Of a stretch of 64,000 nt of DNA, positions 9,359 through 19,364 are shown piece by piece. The stretch covers positions 1 through 64,000 of IMG/VR virus record IMGVR_UViG_3300018432_000001; one strand, 5' to 3'. Origin of the DNA: a virus. The translations under genes were made by a program, and so were the position numbers. Positions within the stretch are counted from its first letter, which is position 1; each line of letters opens with the position of its first letter. Below the pieces are notes generated by a model. The model was not told the origin of the DNA and made no database searches. It saw only the letters and a program-made list of their open reading frames with translations.

Positions 9359-9480
9359 TCGGGATGTCCGTTCGATATGGCTGGCTGGGGTCATCTGGAG
9401 GGCGGCCGATGGCAGCGCTCGCAAGACGGTAGTGAGGTCCACTCTATTATGTGTTCGTATCCGTGGCTGAAGGAGTCGCT

Positions 9481-9756
9481 ATGCCAATTCCATCTTCCCC
9501 CGAGCAGCGGCCGAAGCCCTGGCACCGGCGCCCGTGGGTCATTGCGCTGGCTGCAGTGGTCGCTGCCATCGCCATCGCGTGCGCCATGGGCGACGATGAC
9601 GATGATGACGATGATGATGACGACGACGACGGAATCTCGGAGCAGTTCGACGACGGCGACGATGATGAGGACGATGAGGGCGCGGGCGACGACGACGGCC
9701 TGTTCGCGGTCGTTACCATCGTCGACAGCGGGCCTTGGAAGATCACCACCCCGTAG
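9481..9756 (+). CDS. membrane/lipoprotein with poly-Asp tract
   Basis: GAAGGAG RBS, TM helix ending IAC, 13 consecutive Asp. Confidence 0.65.
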   Translation: MPIPSSPEQRPKPWHRRPWVIALAAVVAAIAIACAMGDDDDDDDDDDDDDGISEQFDDGDDDEDDEGAGDDDGLFAVVTIVDSGPWKITTP

Positions 9757-9810
9757 GGGTGAAGGCTCCTGTCTGCCGGGGGTGTGCGCATGCCCCCGGC
9801 AGCACCTTGT

Positions 9811-10230
9811 TCAGCGGTTGTCGGCGCCGGAATCGGCAAGACGAGCCGCCAGCTCATCACGATCAGCCATTGTCGCCTTCGCGACATCGGCCAGCGCGAA
9901 CGCGGCTACGAGCGCGTTGTCGCGGTGGTTCTCCAGCTCGTCGCATGCCTCGTCGCGCCAGGTCCGGTACAGGTCGCGGGCGGCCACGCATTCCTCGGCG
10001 AACTCCCGTGTCTTGGTGAGTGCTTCCTGGAGCCGGTCGACTTCGGCGATGAGGGCGCTGCGATCGGCGTCGGCCATGAGGTGGTCGTATCCGAGGGCGG
10101 TCCGTGACGGGATCGGCCGGGCGGCGCTGGCGTCGCGGGTGCGGATGGCGTCCATCTGGGCGCGGGTGAGCTTGTCGGTGCCCGGAGCCCAGAGCAGGTC
10201 CCGGTTGATGAGTCGCTCTTCTTCATCCAT
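9811..10230 (-). CDS. coiled-coil hypothetical protein
   Basis: ALIAEVDRLQ motif common in phage proteins. Confidence 0.6.
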   Translation of the reverse strand: MDEEERLINRDLLWAPGTDKLTRAQMDAIRTRDASAARPIPSRTALGYDHLMADADRSALIAEVDRLQEALTKTREFAEECVAARDLYRTWRDEACDELENHRDNALVAAFALADVAKATMADRDELAARLADSGADNR

Positions 10231-10250
10231 GAACCCGCGCCCTTCTCGCC

Positions 10251-10865
10251 CTATGCGGTGCTGTCGTCCCGGGGGGCGGTGTGGCTGACACCGAAGTTCG
10301 GGGGACTGCCCCTGGTCAGGGTATTCGACCAGGCCTCGACGAACTCATCATAGACAGCGTCGAAAGCGTCCTCCTTGTGCTCGGTGTCGGCCCTCATGAC
10401 GACGGTCAGCCACTCCCCGGGTGCCTGCTTGAAACAGATCAGCCTCGGCATCGCCTGTCGCAGCGCCTGCTCCTCCTCCGCTGAGAGCGGGGTTGTGGGG
10501 ACGTCGATTTCGACGTGCCACTGCTGCAGTGGGTGGCGCTGGCGGAAGCGGTTGACGCGTTCTTGGACGTAGGCGCGTTTGTCGGGGGCGATGGTGAACG
10601 TCCGCTCGATGCCCAGGGGTTGGTCGGGGCTGTGGGAGTAGTTGGCCTCCAGGAACCCTTCGTTCTCCATGCGTTCCAGCGACGCCAACTCGAAGGCGCG
10701 TTTGTGCTGTCCCGCTTTGAGTTTATAGTGCGTGACGTTGCCGCGTTGCAGCAGCAGCGCTCGCGCCACCGACGTGGCCGTGCGCGGCGCGTCGCTGCCC
10801 AGCAGGAGCTCCGCGATCACGACGCGCTCTCGGTTCCAGATGAACGAGGGCTTTCTCAGCGCCAT
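10251..10865 (-). CDS. winged-helix-like protein
   Basis: SLERMENEGFL...RTFTI resembles PadR wing. Confidence 0.45.
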   Translation of the reverse strand: MALRKPSFIWNRERVVIAELLLGSDAPRTATSVARALLLQRGNVTHYKLKAGQHKRAFELASLERMENEGFLEANYSHSPDQPLGIERTFTIAPDKRAYVQERVNRFRQRHPLQQWHVEIDVPTTPLSAEEEQALRQAMPRLICFKQAPGEWLTVVMRADTEHKEDAFDAVYDEFVEAWSNTLTRGSPPNFGVSHTAPRDDSTA

Positions 10866-11332
10866 CAGGATTCCTCAGCGGCCGGTTCGGTCGGGTCGAG
10901 CAGGTCGAGCAGTTCCGTCACGCGGCCTCGGGCCGCCCAGATGCGGTCGTCGCACCGGTCGGGAGGCCCGTTGGTGTCGGCTTCGGCGATGTACTCGCGC
11001 TGGCGCAGCCCGTCGGGGCCGCCCCGGTACATCAGGCCCGTGGTGTCGCGGGCGCAGTTCTTGAGGTCGGCGCGTATGGCCTTCAGTTCCGCTATCACAT
11101 GCTCGGTGAACGGGTACTCGCCGAGGTCGACCGACGGATTTTCTGCTTCGGGTGCGGGGTGCTCGACACTGGTGATTTGTCCGCATCCTCGGCATTGGAA
11201 TCCGATGTAGGTCGGATCGTCGCCCCGGTCGTAGCCGGGGTTCCAGTTGTCCTGGCCGCATGCGAGGCATTCGCCGGGCGCGATGACGCCTTCGCGGTGG
11301 AGGTCGATGAGGTGCTGATTAGCTCTGTCCAT
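10865..11332 (-). CDS. zinc-ribbon hypothetical protein
   Basis: CLAC...CRGC. Confidence 0.6.
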   Translation of the reverse strand: MDRANQHLIDLHREGVIAPGECLACGQDNWNPGYDRGDDPTYIGFQCRGCGQITSVEHPAPEAENPSVDLGEYPFTEHVIAELKAIRADLKNCARDTTGLMYRGGPDGLRQREYIAEADTNGPPDRCDDRIWAARGRVTELLDLLDPTEPAAEES

Positions 11333-11648
11333 CCTGCTGTCCTTTCGGGGGGTGGAGGCCGAGGGTTGCCCCGAGGTGCGTTGCCGAGTCCAGGTCGGCG
11401 GGTGTGTCTTCGGGAGCCGGGGCTATCAGGCGCTGGAGGGCGCGGCCGATGATCCGGTAGTCGCCCTCGGCGGTGAGCAGGTCCACGAGCGGCCTGCACA
11501 GATCGTAGGGATGCACGACCGGGACCTCCGAGCCTTCGCTCCGGTACTGCAGGGGCCACAGCAGGTGATGGGTCTGCATCAAGGTCAACGGCGTTAGGAA
11601 CGCCAGATCCTTGCCCAGCTCATCCCAGCCGTATTCGTCGCGGTCCAC
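11319..11648 (-). CDS. hypothetical protein
   Basis: coupled ORF. Confidence 0.5.
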   Translation of the reverse strand: MDRDEYGWDELGKDLAFLTPLTLMQTHHLLWPLQYRSEGSEVPVVHPYDLCRPLVDLLTAEGDYRIIGRALQRLIAPAPEDTPADLDSATHLGATLGLHPPKGQQDGQS

Positions 11649-11653
11649 GGCGC

Positions 11654-12424
11654 TTACGACTCTCGGGCGGCGGTCGTGTCCAGCGTCCCGAGCAGCTGCT
11701 TGACCGCTGCCTCGATGTCGCGGAGCTGCTGCTGCACCAGCTCGTGGTCGGCGTCGCCGACGACGCCTTCGCGGATGATGCCCTCCAGCGCCCACTGCAC
11801 CGGCGCTGCCAGGTCGCGCAGCCGGTCCAGCTTGTCGACCGTCTCCCCCTCCTCGGCCTCCCAGATCTGCGTGAAGCCTTCCGCGACGCGCCCGTCGAAC
11901 CGCTCGTTCAGCATGTACGCCGAACCCGTGAGGTCCCCGGTGATCGTCGCCAGCGCGAAGCCCTGCTCTTCGGCTGCCCAGGCGTTGATCTGGTCGGTGT
12001 AGAGGACGTGGGTGAGGTTGGTGTCAACGAGGAGGGCGCCGAAGATGCTGAGCCGTGCGGCTTCCTCCTTCAGCCATGCGTCCTCGCGGTATCGCTCTTC
12101 GGTGATGAGGGTGTAGGTGATGCCCGGTCCGCCGTTGGCGTCGAGGTCTTCGAGGAAGCCCTCTTCGGGCGGTTCGCAGCCGACGACGTTGATGACGACG
12201 TGCGCGCCGGGCCGGGGCGCGAGGACTTCGGCGAGGCCGTAGCCGTTCTTGCTCGTGGGTTTGAGGTCTTGCTTGTGGATGTGGAGGATGACCTGCTGGC
12301 CGGTGTCGGGTGAGTGGTAGCGGGTGGTGGTGCCGTAACGGGATTGGGTCGCGGGCTCGGGGTGGAGCTCGGAGAAGTCGGGGCGGATGTCGGGCAGGGA
12401 AGCGGCGGGCGGGGTGATCGGCAT
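11654..12424 (-). CDS. hypothetical protein
   Basis: GAGAGAG RBS, coding bias. Confidence 0.65.
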   Translation of the reverse strand: MPITPPAASLPDIRPDFSELHPEPATQSRYGTTTRYHSPDTGQQVILHIHKQDLKPTSKNGYGLAEVLAPRPGAHVVINVVGCEPPEEGFLEDLDANGGPGITYTLITEERYREDAWLKEEAARLSIFGALLVDTNLTHVLYTDQINAWAAEEQGFALATITGDLTGSAYMLNERFDGRVAEGFTQIWEAEEGETVDKLDRLRDLAAPVQWALEGIIREGVVGDADHELVQQQLRDIEAAVKQLLGTLDTTAARES

Positions 12425-12490
12425 GGTTGCTCTCTCTCAGCGGTGGTGGGTGTGTCGGGTCGGGGGGATGCTCCAGTTAGGGCATGGTGA

Positions 12491-12760
12491 TCACCGGCTT
12501 CCCCCCTCCAGCACCCGGTGGCGGACGCGCGGCGGGTAGCCGTTGCCGCCGCGAGCGAGCCAGCCTTCCTGCATGAGCACCTGCATGACCCGACCAACTG
12601 TGGCGGTGCTGACCTCGAACTGCGCGGCCAAGGTGCTGGCGGCCGGAAGCGACTCCCCAGGGGCGTACATGCCCTCGCCTTCTTCCAGGCGTTCCACGAT
12701 CGCGTCGTACACCTGCTGGAACTTGGAAGCGGCGCGGACGGGCTTCAACGGTCGGGTCAT
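12491..12760 (-). CDS. GntR-family winged-helix regulator
   Basis: YAPGESLPAASTLAAQFEVSTATVGRVMQVLMQEGWL. Confidence 0.88.
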   Translation of the reverse strand: MTRPLKPVRAASKFQQVYDAIVERLEEGEGMYAPGESLPAASTLAAQFEVSTATVGRVMQVLMQEGWLARGGNGYPPRVRHRVLEGGSR

Positions 12761-12776
12761 GCTCGGTCTCCTCGGC

Positions 12777-13238
12777 TTATCGGATAGTGGCAGTGCAGCG
12801 GCACGGACCTTCGCATCCGCAGGTAGGTGCAGGCAGCGACAGGTCGTGCCCCAGGAAGTCCATGTGGTGCGCAGGGAGGCTGGCCCAACCGGTGAACGGT
12901 GCCGTTCCTTCAGCGACTCTGGCAGAGGCCAGGATAGTCGTATTGTTCAGGTCGGCCATGGTGGCCAGCAGTGCCCGCGCTTGCTTTCTGGCGGGGACCA
13001 GGCCGTGCACGGTGAACACGAGCCCGACAGTACGGCCGTGCCAGATGAACCAGCGACGGCGCAACCGGACCTTGCAGGGCCGGTGCTGGTCGTGGTCCAG
13101 CGGGTCCTCGCCGTGCCGGATGCGACGGTTGTCGTCGAGCAGTTCCTTCCACGGGCGCCTCCAGTAGGAGACGACCGCGACGTGGCCCGGTACGTCGTCA
13201 TGCCAGTACGTGTCGGTGAACCGCCACGGGACCGTCAC
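12777..13238 (-). CDS. hypothetical protein
   Basis: GTGA-coupled ORF. Confidence 0.45.
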   Translation of the reverse strand: MTVPWRFTDTYWHDDVPGHVAVVSYWRRPWKELLDDNRRIRHGEDPLDHDQHRPCKVRLRRRWFIWHGRTVGLVFTVHGLVPARKQARALLATMADLNNTTILASARVAEGTAPFTGWASLPAHHMDFLGHDLSLPAPTCGCEGPCRCTATIR

Positions 13239-13867
13239 GATGTTCCCCGCATGATTCGGTCGCGGGAGATCGACCACGTCGCCCGCTCGTGGGCGGCGCG
13301 TTCGCGGCGCAGCATCATCGGATCGGCCCCGAACTGCACGGCCCACTCCACCAGGCGGTTGCGGTCCTCGCGGTCCATGTCGTCCAGGAGGCCTTCACGG
13401 TAGAGCCGATCCCACACGCCCTGGCGGGCGCCCTCGGCTTTGTGCCAGTGCCACTCGGCACGGGCGACCTGATTCCACGCGCGCAACGGCGGCGGGATCG
13501 TCGTCTCCCTGTACTGGGCGAGGACGCGCTCATAGAGGCCGCTGACTTGTCCGCTGACGCTCTCGTAGGAGACGACGGGCATCGTGGTGTAGGCCAGGGC
13601 GGTGACGCCCTCAGCGTGCGGTTCGCAGTCGAAGGCGCTGGGGACGAATCGCCAGGGGCCGAAAGCGTTGGTGGCGACGACGACGGCGCCGGAGAGTTGC
13701 CAGTCGTAGCCCCAGCCGCCTTCGGTGACGTCGGCGAGGTGGACGATGACGAACTTCCCGGCCAGCGGCTGGGGTTCGGTCAGGTGGGTGAAGCCGGTGG
13801 CGAGGAGTTGGTCGACGAGGGGCCGTGCAATGGTCCGGCGCAGGGCGCCGTCGATGGCGGTTTGCAT
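13235..13867 (-). CDS. hypothetical protein
   Basis: AGGAG RBS. Confidence 0.65.
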   Translation of the reverse strand: MQTAIDGALRRTIARPLVDQLLATGFTHLTEPQPLAGKFVIVHLADVTEGGWGYDWQLSGAVVVATNAFGPWRFVPSAFDCEPHAEGVTALAYTTMPVVSYESVSGQVSGLYERVLAQYRETTIPPPLRAWNQVARAEWHWHKAEGARQGVWDRLYREGLLDDMDREDRNRLVEWAVQFGADPMMLRRERAAHERATWSISRDRIMRGTS

Positions 13868-13958
13868 CAGGTCTCCTGGGGGTAGGTGCCGTGTATGGGG
13901 GTGGGCCGTCCGGCGCGGTGGCCGGACGGCCCGGCGGGGGCTACTCCCCCTTGTCGTT

Positions 13959-14501
13959 CTACTTGATGAGTTCGGCTGCCCGCTGTTTCCATCGGTCGCC
14001 GTGTGCGTCTTTGCGGCAGCTGCGGATGGCGTCGCCGACGGCCCGGTACGCCCAGATGGCGGCGCGCGGTTTCGGGTCGACCAGGAGCACCCACGGTTTG
14101 TCAGGGCTCAGGTCGAGGTATGCGTTCTCGAAGTCGTGGAACGACTGGTGCCACAGCCACCAGGTGCGCCCGCCGCAGATGATCTCGTAGGTGCCTTCGT
14201 CGACGTGGTTGACCGTCTCCTCCGGCAGCGGCTGCTGCTGGTGGGCGACGTACTCGCTGACGTAGACCTTGGCGTGGGTCAGCAGCGAGAACGACGCCAG
14301 CCGGTAGCCCTCCGAGCCGTCGGCGTTGGTGTCCGACAGGTGCCAGTTGAAGCCTCGCTTGTACCAGTGCGGCCAGTCGGAGTAGACCGAATAGGCCCAC
14401 TGCTGGCAGATGAACTCCTCGCCTGCGCACACGAGCCGGTACTGGGCCGAGCGCAGGCGTTTCGCCACCGTACGAGGTAGGCCCGGGGCGGAAGTCGTCA
14501 C
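13959..14501 (-). CDS. hypothetical protein
   Basis: starts just after rtcB stop. Confidence 0.6.
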   Translation of the reverse strand: MTTSAPGLPRTVAKRLRSAQYRLVCAGEEFICQQWAYSVYSDWPHWYKRGFNWHLSDTNADGSEGYRLASFSLLTHAKVYVSEYVAHQQQPLPEETVNHVDEGTYEIICGGRTWWLWHQSFHDFENAYLDLSPDKPWVLLVDPKPRAAIWAYRAVGDAIRSCRKDAHGDRWKQRAAELIK

Positions 14502-14503
14502 CG

Positions 14504-15673
14504 CTACTCTCCCTTGACGTTGACGATCTGGCGCAGCTTGTGCACGACCTCGACGAGGCTGTCCGCGTCTTTCATGATCTGGTCGATGTCCTTGTACGCG
14601 TCGGGGATCTCGTCGAGGAACGCGACCTTGTCGTTCCATTCGATGCCGACCATGCGCTCACGCAGCTGCTCGTGGGTGAACTCGGCTTTCGCTTTCGTCC
14701 GCGAGTAGTTGCGCCCCGCGCCGTGCGGGCTGGAGTTGAACGAGACCGGGTTCCCCTTGCCTTTCACCACGTAGGAGGCGGTGCCCATGGAGCCGGGGAT
14801 GAGGCCCAGGCGGCCCTCCTCGGCGTTGATGGCGCCCTTGCGGGTGATCCACAGCTTCTTGCCCCAGTGCTCTTCCTGGGCGGTGTAGTTGTGGTGGCAG
14901 TTGATCTCGGTGTCGACGACGATCTCGGAGTCGCTCCACGCCTCGAACGCGGCGATCATGCGGCGCATCATTTCCACGCGGTTTTCCTGGGCGAACTCCT
15001 GGGCCCACATCATCTCGCGGATGTAGTCGTAGAATTCGTCGGTGCCCTGCGCGATGTAGGCGAGATCCTTGTCGGGCAGGTCGATGTACCACTGCTTGCA
15101 CAGCCGCTGGGCGACCTTGATGTGGTGCTGGGCGATGCGGTTGCCGATGCCTCGGCTTCCCGAGTGCAAGAACAACCAGACAAACCCCTCCTCATCCACG
15201 CAGAGCTCGCAAAAATGGTTGCCCGATCCCAGGGAACCGAGGTGCATCTGCCAGTTCCCCAGGTAGGAGGAGGGCTTGAAGCGCGCGGTCCTGGCCTTGG
15301 CTTCGAGGAACTCGATCGACTGCTCGGCGGTCGCGGTCAGGTGCGTGTTGATGCCCCCCTTCCCCAGCGGGATGGCCTTCTCGATAGCCTTGCGCACCAC
15401 CGACAGATCCAGGTGTGCGATCTGGTCGACGTGGTGGCGGGTGCGGACGGCGGCCATGCCACAGCCGATGTCGACACCCACGGCGGCGGGCATGATCATG
15501 CCCAACGTCGGGATCACCGATCCGACCGTCGCGCCCTTGCCGTAGTGGACGTCGGGCATGACCGCCACGTGCGGCCAGACGCCCCGCATCGACGCCGTCC
15601 GCAGTACCTGCTCGCGGGCCTCGTCCTCCATGATCGAGGCCCAGCTCTTCGCCTTCTCGTTGAGGTCTTCCAT
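14504..15673 (-). CDS. rtcB: RtcB RNA ligase
   Basis: MPDVHYGKGATVG, VGVDIGCG, GSLGSGNHF, LHSGSRG, HHNY, RKGA, PGSMG, HGAGR, DEIPDAYK motifs. Confidence 0.97.
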   Translation of the reverse strand: MEDLNEKAKSWASIMEDEAREQVLRTASMRGVWPHVAVMPDVHYGKGATVGSVIPTLGMIMPAAVGVDIGCGMAAVRTRHHVDQIAHLDLSVVRKAIEKAIPLGKGGINTHLTATAEQSIEFLEAKARTARFKPSSYLGNWQMHLGSLGSGNHFCELCVDEEGFVWLFLHSGSRGIGNRIAQHHIKVAQRLCKQWYIDLPDKDLAYIAQGTDEFYDYIREMMWAQEFAQENRVEMMRRMIAAFEAWSDSEIVVDTEINCHHNYTAQEEHWGKKLWITRKGAINAEEGRLGLIPGSMGTASYVVKGKGNPVSFNSSPHGAGRNYSRTKAKAEFTHEQLRERMVGIEWNDKVAFLDEIPDAYKDIDQIMKDADSLVEVVHKLRQIVNVKGE

Positions 15674-15697
15674 ATGCGTGCCTTTCGATCGGTCCGG

Positions 15698-16006
15698 TTA
15701 GTCGTTGTCGTCGCCGTCGGTGTAGGTGTCGCCGACCTTGAGCTTGTCCCAGTCGGCTTTGGGGATGCAGTCGGAGTACTCGTAGGTGGCGTCTTCGAAG
15801 ACGACGAGGTAGCAGTCGTCCTCGACGTCGGCGGTGCAGCTGGGGCCGTCGGAGTCGACGACGCAGTCGGTCTCGATCCACCCGTCGGGGTGCTCTTCGA
15901 GGCGGGTGATCTCGCCGGTGGCCTCCTTGGGGCCGCTGAACCCGCACGCCCCGAGGGCGAGCAGGGCGGCGCCCCCGGCGGCGGCGGCGATGGCAGTCGT
16001 TTTCAT
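15698..16006 (-). CDS. acidic Cys-containing lipoprotein
   Basis: signal peptide with LGAC lipobox. Confidence 0.7.
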   Translation of the reverse strand: MKTTAIAAAAGGAALLALGACGFSGPKEATGEITRLEEHPDGWIETDCVVDSDGPSCTADVEDDCYLVVFEDATYEYSDCIPKADWDKLKVGDTYTDGDDND

Positions 16007-16035
16007 CGGATTCCATTCCATAGTGGTGTGTGCGG

Positions 16036-16647
16036 TTACTGCAGCTCAGCGGAACGCTTGAGCCACAAGGTCTCGAAGGCGTCGAACTGCTCGCTCGTGA
16101 TCTGCCCGGAGTCGCGGGCGACGTCGGCGCGGAACATGGCGTGATCGAGTTCGGCGCGAGTCGTACTGTCGGCGAGCTCCTGCTCGATCTGGTCCAGCGT
16201 GGCCCCGGCCGGGATCTGCGCGACCGCCTCGATCCACGAGGCGCGTTTCTTGACCAGCGAGAACCAGACCCGGAAGTCGCGGTGGTCGATCCACCAGGAC
16301 GCCTCCCGGGACTGGGCCAGTATTCCCAGCACCGCCGCCTGCTCCAGTTCCGGCGTCGACGCGTACGCGTCTCTCACCCGGTCCGTGACAGTGTCGACTG
16401 CGTCGGCCCGGATGGCGTGCGCCCACGCCACCTGCCGCTTCGATCCCTGCAACGGCGGCCAGCCTTCGGCTGCGGACCGCTCGGCCGCGAGCCGGTTGCG
16501 TTCGTCGTTCGCCTGCTGCAGGCAAGTGGGGCACGCGCGCTCGCCGAGCTTTGCGGCCTTGCGTGCGCGCTCGCCGTTCACGTCGGTGCCGTAGATCTGC
16601 TGTCGGCCGTTGTGGCCGCAGGAGTGGGAGATGTCGTACCAGGCCAC
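16036..16647 (-). CDS. phage hypothetical protein (HSCGH...CPTC, LQGSKRQVAWA)
   Basis: motif common in phage/ICE proteins. Confidence 0.65.
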   Translation of the reverse strand: MAWYDISHSCGHNGRQQIYGTDVNGERARKAAKLGERACPTCLQQANDERNRLAAERSAAEGWPPLQGSKRQVAWAHAIRADAVDTVTDRVRDAYASTPELEQAAVLGILAQSREASWWIDHRDFRVWFSLVKKRASWIEAVAQIPAGATLDQIEQELADSTTRAELDHAMFRADVARDSGQITSEQFDAFETLWLKRSAELQ

Positions 16648-16648
16648 G

Positions 16649-16927
16649 TTATGCTCCCTCGACTTCGACTTCGACTTCCAGTTCGATTCGGGGGAGCATG
16701 GAGACGGCCACGGCCGCCAGGTAGCACAGCTCTTCACGGGGCCATTCGGACAGGAGCACTTGGACGCCTCCGGCGACGGCGACGTGCTCGGAGACGCCGT
16801 CGCGCCGGATCTCCTCGATGTTGCCGACCATCATGTCGATCGTCTCGCGGATTCGGGGTAGCTCACGTTGGAGCCGCAGCTGGATCTCGTACCGGCTCGG
16901 TGTCGCGTCGGGTTTCTTGCGTCGCAT
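16649..16927 (-). CDS. hypothetical protein
   Basis: AAAGGA RBS. Confidence 0.55.
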   Translation of the reverse strand: MRRKKPDATPSRYEIQLRLQRELPRIRETIDMMVGNIEEIRRDGVSEHVAVAGGVQVLLSEWPREELCYLAAVAVSMLPRIELEVEVEVEGA

Positions 16928-16942
16928 GGGGTGGTCCTTTCC

Positions 16943-18244
16943 TTAGATGAGGGCGTCGTCGATGAAGTCGAGGTCGGGGAAGCGGTCGCGGGCGAGCACC
17001 GCCGCGCACGACCGGTGCATTGTCGCGTGGAGCCACCGGTCGTTATCGACATAGCTGATCAGCTCGTAGTAGGTGCGATGCTGCACCTGGATGCCGGTGC
17101 CGCACACGATGCAGGAGTGGGGTTCGGGGTAGCCCATCGCCTCGCGGTCGTGGCGCGACAGCGTGGACACGAGGTACCAGGGCCCCATCGGCAGCTCGGC
17201 CGGGACCCCCGGAACCGCCTGGAGAATGCGCTCGTACTCGGTTTGGTCGATCATGGTGAACCGCGTCCCCTCCGGGTCGCGGGCGATCTTGACCTTCTCG
17301 CCCGGCGGCTTGGGCGGCAGTCCCTCCCCCTTCGGGTAGGACTTGATCCAGATCTTCCTGACGACCTCGCCCTCCTCGTTGCGGTAGCGGCGCCAGTGGC
17401 CCCCCACCTCGAAGCTCACCCCGATCGTGCGGTCGCTCGCCCCGCGCTCGGAGGCCTCGATCGGCTCCGTCCCCCGGGCCAGGTCGATGATGCGCACCGA
17501 CCGCCGGTACGGGCGCTTGACGCCCGCGTTGACAGCGGCCTGCTGGATCGGGCGCGGCAGCGTCTGCGTACGCGGTTCACTCGCCCGCGCCAGCGCCAGC
17601 CGCAGCACGTCCCCGAGGGAGACGTCGGACTCGGTGATGGGCGCTTCCATCTCGCCGACGAACGAGGGCAGCCACACCTGGCTGCTGGCCGACAGGTCGC
17701 CGAGGATGCGGCGCTCCTCCGGGTCGTCGTTGGCGACGCGCTTGCGGTCGGACAGGCGGGCGTAGGCGACGAACGCGGTCCCGTAGAGGGACTTGATGGG
17801 CAGGTCGGACGGTTCGAACGGCACCAGGACCGAGATGACGTTGTGCGCGAGGATGCCCTGTTCGATGACGCGGACACGCATCGGACCCTCGAACGCGACG
17901 ATGGTCCGTTCGGGCAACGGCGGCAGCTCCGACAGCTGCTCGTCGGACATGGTCTCGATTTCGGCCACGGTGTGACTGAGCAGGTCGGTCTCGATCAACA
18001 GCAGTTCGCAGGCGCGCATGTGGCGTTTCAGGGCCCGAGCCCAGACCAGGTGCCGCTCCACACCCAGCGTGTTGGAAAGGGCTTCCCCGTAGAGGTTGTC
18101 CATCATGGCGTTGAGCGCGGCGGCGTTGTAGTCCAGAGCGCTCTCGCACATCTGGGCGCGTTCGCGGGCGATGTCGACCGGCCGGAACGGCGTGAACTCG
18201 ACGGGTTCGTCCCCGTCCTCAAGGCGCGCGGGATCGACGTTCAT
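16943..18244 (-). CDS. phage protein with VxGHWR motif and C-terminal Zn finger
   Basis: EVGGHWRRYR...IWIKSYPKG; CIVC...HRSC. Confidence 0.65.
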   Translation of the reverse strand: MNVDPARLEDGDEPVEFTPFRPVDIARERAQMCESALDYNAAALNAMMDNLYGEALSNTLGVERHLVWARALKRHMRACELLLIETDLLSHTVAEIETMSDEQLSELPPLPERTIVAFEGPMRVRVIEQGILAHNVISVLVPFEPSDLPIKSLYGTAFVAYARLSDRKRVANDDPEERRILGDLSASSQVWLPSFVGEMEAPITESDVSLGDVLRLALARASEPRTQTLPRPIQQAAVNAGVKRPYRRSVRIIDLARGTEPIEASERGASDRTIGVSFEVGGHWRRYRNEEGEVVRKIWIKSYPKGEGLPPKPPGEKVKIARDPEGTRFTMIDQTEYERILQAVPGVPAELPMGPWYLVSTLSRHDREAMGYPEPHSCIVCGTGIQVQHRTYYELISYVDNDRWLHATMHRSCAAVLARDRFPDLDFIDDALI

Positions 18245-18383
18245 GGGGTGCACTCCTTCTTGCGTCGGGGCGACGCGGATCAATTCCTGGGGTGGTAGCG
18301 GTGATCGCTTATAGGTGGGCGCGGGCGCAACAACCCACGGGTTGCCGCCATGGCCTTGGTCACACAATGTGGTTGGTGTTCGG

Positions 18384-18575
18384 TCAGGATGCCGAAGAGG
18401 TGTGGCAGGAGCAGACGCACGAAGTACCGCAGAACTTGCACTCGGCTGGCCGCTTGGACCCGGCGTGGCCGGTGTCGCCTTGGCAGTACTCGTGGCCGGT
18501 GCGACCATCCGGAAGCACCATGTCGCCGTGAAGGCACGCGGTGGACAGGTAGTCGTGATCGATGTGCCCGGTCAT
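18384..18575 (-). CDS. small Cys-rich protein
   Basis: YLSTACLHG...CKFC..CVCSCH. Confidence 0.65.
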   Translation of the reverse strand: MTGHIDHDYLSTACLHGDMVLPDGRTGHEYCQGDTGHAGSKRPAECKFCGTSCVCSCHTSSAS

Positions 18576-18880
18576 CGGCCGGTGCCCAGCAGGTGCCGCA
18601 CGTCCTCGCGGTGGGCGTCGGCGATGCGGTAGAACCGGCGGCGGGGCTGCCAGCCGCCGTTCTCGCGGGGCTCGGCCTCTTCCCACTCGCTGGTGAGCCA
18701 CCGGTGGCGTTCCAGTTTCATCAGCTCGACGGCCACTGCCCCCGAAGGGACGCGGAAGAACCACCGGCGCGGGAGGGCCTTGGCGATCTTGAGCCCGTAC
18801 ATCTGGCCGTCGTCATGATCGAGCAGGAGACGGAGGATCTGGCGGGTGGTGCGGTTGACAGCGAACGGCGGCGCGCTCAC
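18572..18880 (-). CDS. PadR-like regulator
   Basis: MYGLKIAKAL...LERHRWLTSEWE...PRRRFYRI. Confidence 0.8.
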   Translation of the reverse strand: MSAPPFAVNRTTRQILRLLLDHDDGQMYGLKIAKALPRRWFFRVPSGAVAVELMKLERHRWLTSEWEEAEPRENGGWQPRRRFYRIADAHREDVRHLLGTGR

Positions 18881-18966
18881 GGCGGCTCCTTCAGGGTGGG
18901 ATACGACAGGATTTCATGTCGGTGCGGTAGAAACACTCTAACGGCCCCCACCGACAGCGCCCGGAC

Positions 18967-19218
18967 TCAGCGGACGGGGTCGGCGTACTCGGGCCGGAAC
19001 GGTTCCAGTGGGCAGTCCGCGTCGCACGGGTCCTCCTCGCACACCGGGCACTCCCCGTAGCCGTCGTCGCGTTCGACCGCGTACGCAACCTTCTCCAGCT
19101 CAGCTGGGGAACGCACATCGGCATGCCACTGGGCGACTTCGCGCATGGCAGCGGCGATGATCGCGCGCGGATCGTACGGGTCGGTGACCGGCGGAGCGTC
19201 CTGACCAGTGCCGGGCAT
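18967..19218 (-). CDS. small Cys-rich protein
   Basis: CPVCEEDPCDADCPL. Confidence 0.55.
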   Translation of the reverse strand: MPGTGQDAPPVTDPYDPRAIIAAAMREVAQWHADVRSPAELEKVAYAVERDDGYGECPVCEEDPCDADCPLEPFRPEYADPVR

Positions 19219-19364
19219 GGTCACAGCACCCACTTGAACAGCGCCGCGACACCCCACGCGAAGGCCAGGATGATCGCCAGGACAGCGGCGAGCGCGCCGA
19301 GGCCACGTGCCAGGCTCGGCTCGGACTTGGTTCCGGACTCGTCGGATGGTTCGTTTCGCATGCT

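Noticed and set aside
9447-9887. Poly-Ser ORF on the minus strand
   Set aside because: Reverse complement of the poly-Asp gene, which has the RBS and TM helix.
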